A stretch of 64,000 nucleotides of DNA from an uncultured Alphaproteobacteria bacterium. Lineage in GTDB: Bacteria > Pseudomonadota > Alphaproteobacteria > Rs-D84. Below, piece by piece: positions 63,194-64,000 of this stretch (position 1 is the first letter of the stretch; each line of letters starts with the position of its first letter). The position numbers were made by a program, and so were the translations under genes. The notes under the pieces are model-generated. The model saw only the letters and a list, made by a program, of their open reading frames with translations, had not been told where the DNA came from and ran no database searches. The stretch lies in NCBI GenBank assembly GCA_944389235.1, contig CALXLO010000001.1, forward strand, positions 26,956-90,955, in the 5' to 3' direction.

Positions 63194-64000
63194 TTACCTT
63201 ATCAAGTTCATGATTAAATCGTCCAGAACCAGCATGCCGCGTTCTGTGGCGGCAATACGGTTATCAGATGTTATACGCAATAATTCAGGATTTTGTTTTA
63301 CAAAATCTGTATTTATAACGCGACGTGTCATATCATCAATCTGTACACCACGCACTTGGCGCAGTCCAGTAATTATTCGTTCTGTGGCGCGTGTGTTATT
63401 GTCAATTTTTTTGAACAATTCGTTATTGCCCATTTGTTCGTACCATTGGTCATCAATTAATATACGACCCGCTGCGCCGCGCCCCAGTCCGATGTATGGC
63501 GCACCATCCCATATATTTTGATTATGGCGACATTCTGCACCATGGATGGCATAGTTAGATACTTCATAACGCGGTAAATTCAGTGTTTGACCAATTGCTG
63601 TATACATGTCTGCCATTTCATCATTTGTTGGCATATCTAAATTCATTTTGCCAAATGGTGTATTTGGTTCAATTGTTAATTCATACATAGAACAGTGCTG
63701 CAATCCCATAGAATTTATTTGTTTACATAAAACTGCAACAGTGTTTGTTGTGTCGCCGGGTATGCCGTATATGAAATCTGCGGACACAGATATACCACGC
63801 TGCATACATGCGTCTATTAATTTAATTGCGTCATTTACACTGTGTTGTCGACCCAAGAATTGCAATACTTCATTGCGCAGCGATTGAACGCCAACAGATA
63901 TTCGATTAACGCCAATGCGTAAAAAATCATCCAGTTTATTTTCATTAATTGTTCCTGGGTTTGATTCCAGTGTTATTTCACATTTATTTTGAATAGTAAA
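63194..64000 (-). CDS. hemW: Radical-SAM heme chaperone HemW / oxygen-independent coproporphyrinogen oxidase-like protein (5' end outside the window)
   Basis: The frame stays open to the window edge. My hand translation upstream of the track ORF gives ...EITLESNPGTINENKLDDFLRIGVNRISVGVQSLRNEVLQFLGRQHS..., then ...ADFIYGIPGDT... and a HemN_C-like tail. The N-terminal CxxxCxxC lies outside the window. Confidence 0.8.
   Translation of the reverse strand, partial: FTIQNKCEITLESNPGTINENKLDDFLRIGVNRISVGVQSLRNEVLQFLGRQHSVNDAIKLIDACMQRGISVSADFIYGIPGDTTNTVAVLCKQINSMGLQHCSMYELTIEPNTPFGKMNLDMPTNDEMADMYTAIGQTLNLPRYEVSNYAIHGAECRHNQNIWDGAPYIGLGRGAAGRILIDDQWYEQMGNNELFKKIDNNTRATERIITGLRQVRGVQIDDMTRRVINTDFVKQNPELLRITSDNRIAATERGMLVLDDLIMNLIR

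Noticed and set aside
1-64000. Searched by eye for CRISPR arrays, transposases, integrases, phage genes, rRNA genes and long dispersed repeats.
   Set aside because: I found no regularly spaced direct repeats, no DDE/tyrosine/serine recombinase-like ORF and no rRNA-like sequence. The only repeats seen are those listed above. A computational repeat or HMM scan could still find weak remnants.

Overview
This is a 64-kb AT-rich bacterial chromosomal segment. Gene content and local synteny point to an alphaproteobacterium: tRNA-Trp-secE-nusG-rplKAJL-rpoBC, rpmF-plsX, fabH-ihfA, def-fmt-truA, recR-rsmA, lspA-yidC and a DUF2312/UPF0335 protein. Scattered type IV secretion genes, a lipoprotein phospholipase D, a Pmp-repeat autotransporter, many orphan exported proteins and broken operon synteny suggest a host-associated (Rickettsiales/Holosporales-like) lifestyle. 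That taxonomic and lifestyle call is inference only. I can support about 47 protein genes, 3 tRNAs and a set of intrinsic terminators. I saw no rRNA, no CRISPR array and no recognisable transposase, integrase or phage gene. Five things deserve a second look. (1) A stand-alone virB8-virB9-virB10 operon whose VirB9 carries a C-terminal SPOR-like domain and whose 822-aa VirB10 carries an extra N-terminal domain and a 214-aa Cys-knot-tipped C-terminal tail. (2) A roughly 6.5-kb block of three exported orphan genes sits between plsX and an inverted fabH-ihfA pair. The genes are a eukaryote-like Cys-rich repeat protein, a two-HKD phospholipase D lipoprotein, and an Arg/Ser/Thr-rich plus Cys-rich protein. 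(3) A three-copy element built from the start codon and first codons of the Cys-rich gene, which can form mutually exclusive pairings (a candidate translational or inversion switch). (4) A G10/C10 homopolymer next to the RBS of a small orphan gene downstream of the T4SS operon. (5) An orphan mraZ with helically phased ATGGT repeats over its putative promoter. All functional calls come from reading the translated ORFs and motifs by eye. No database search was run.
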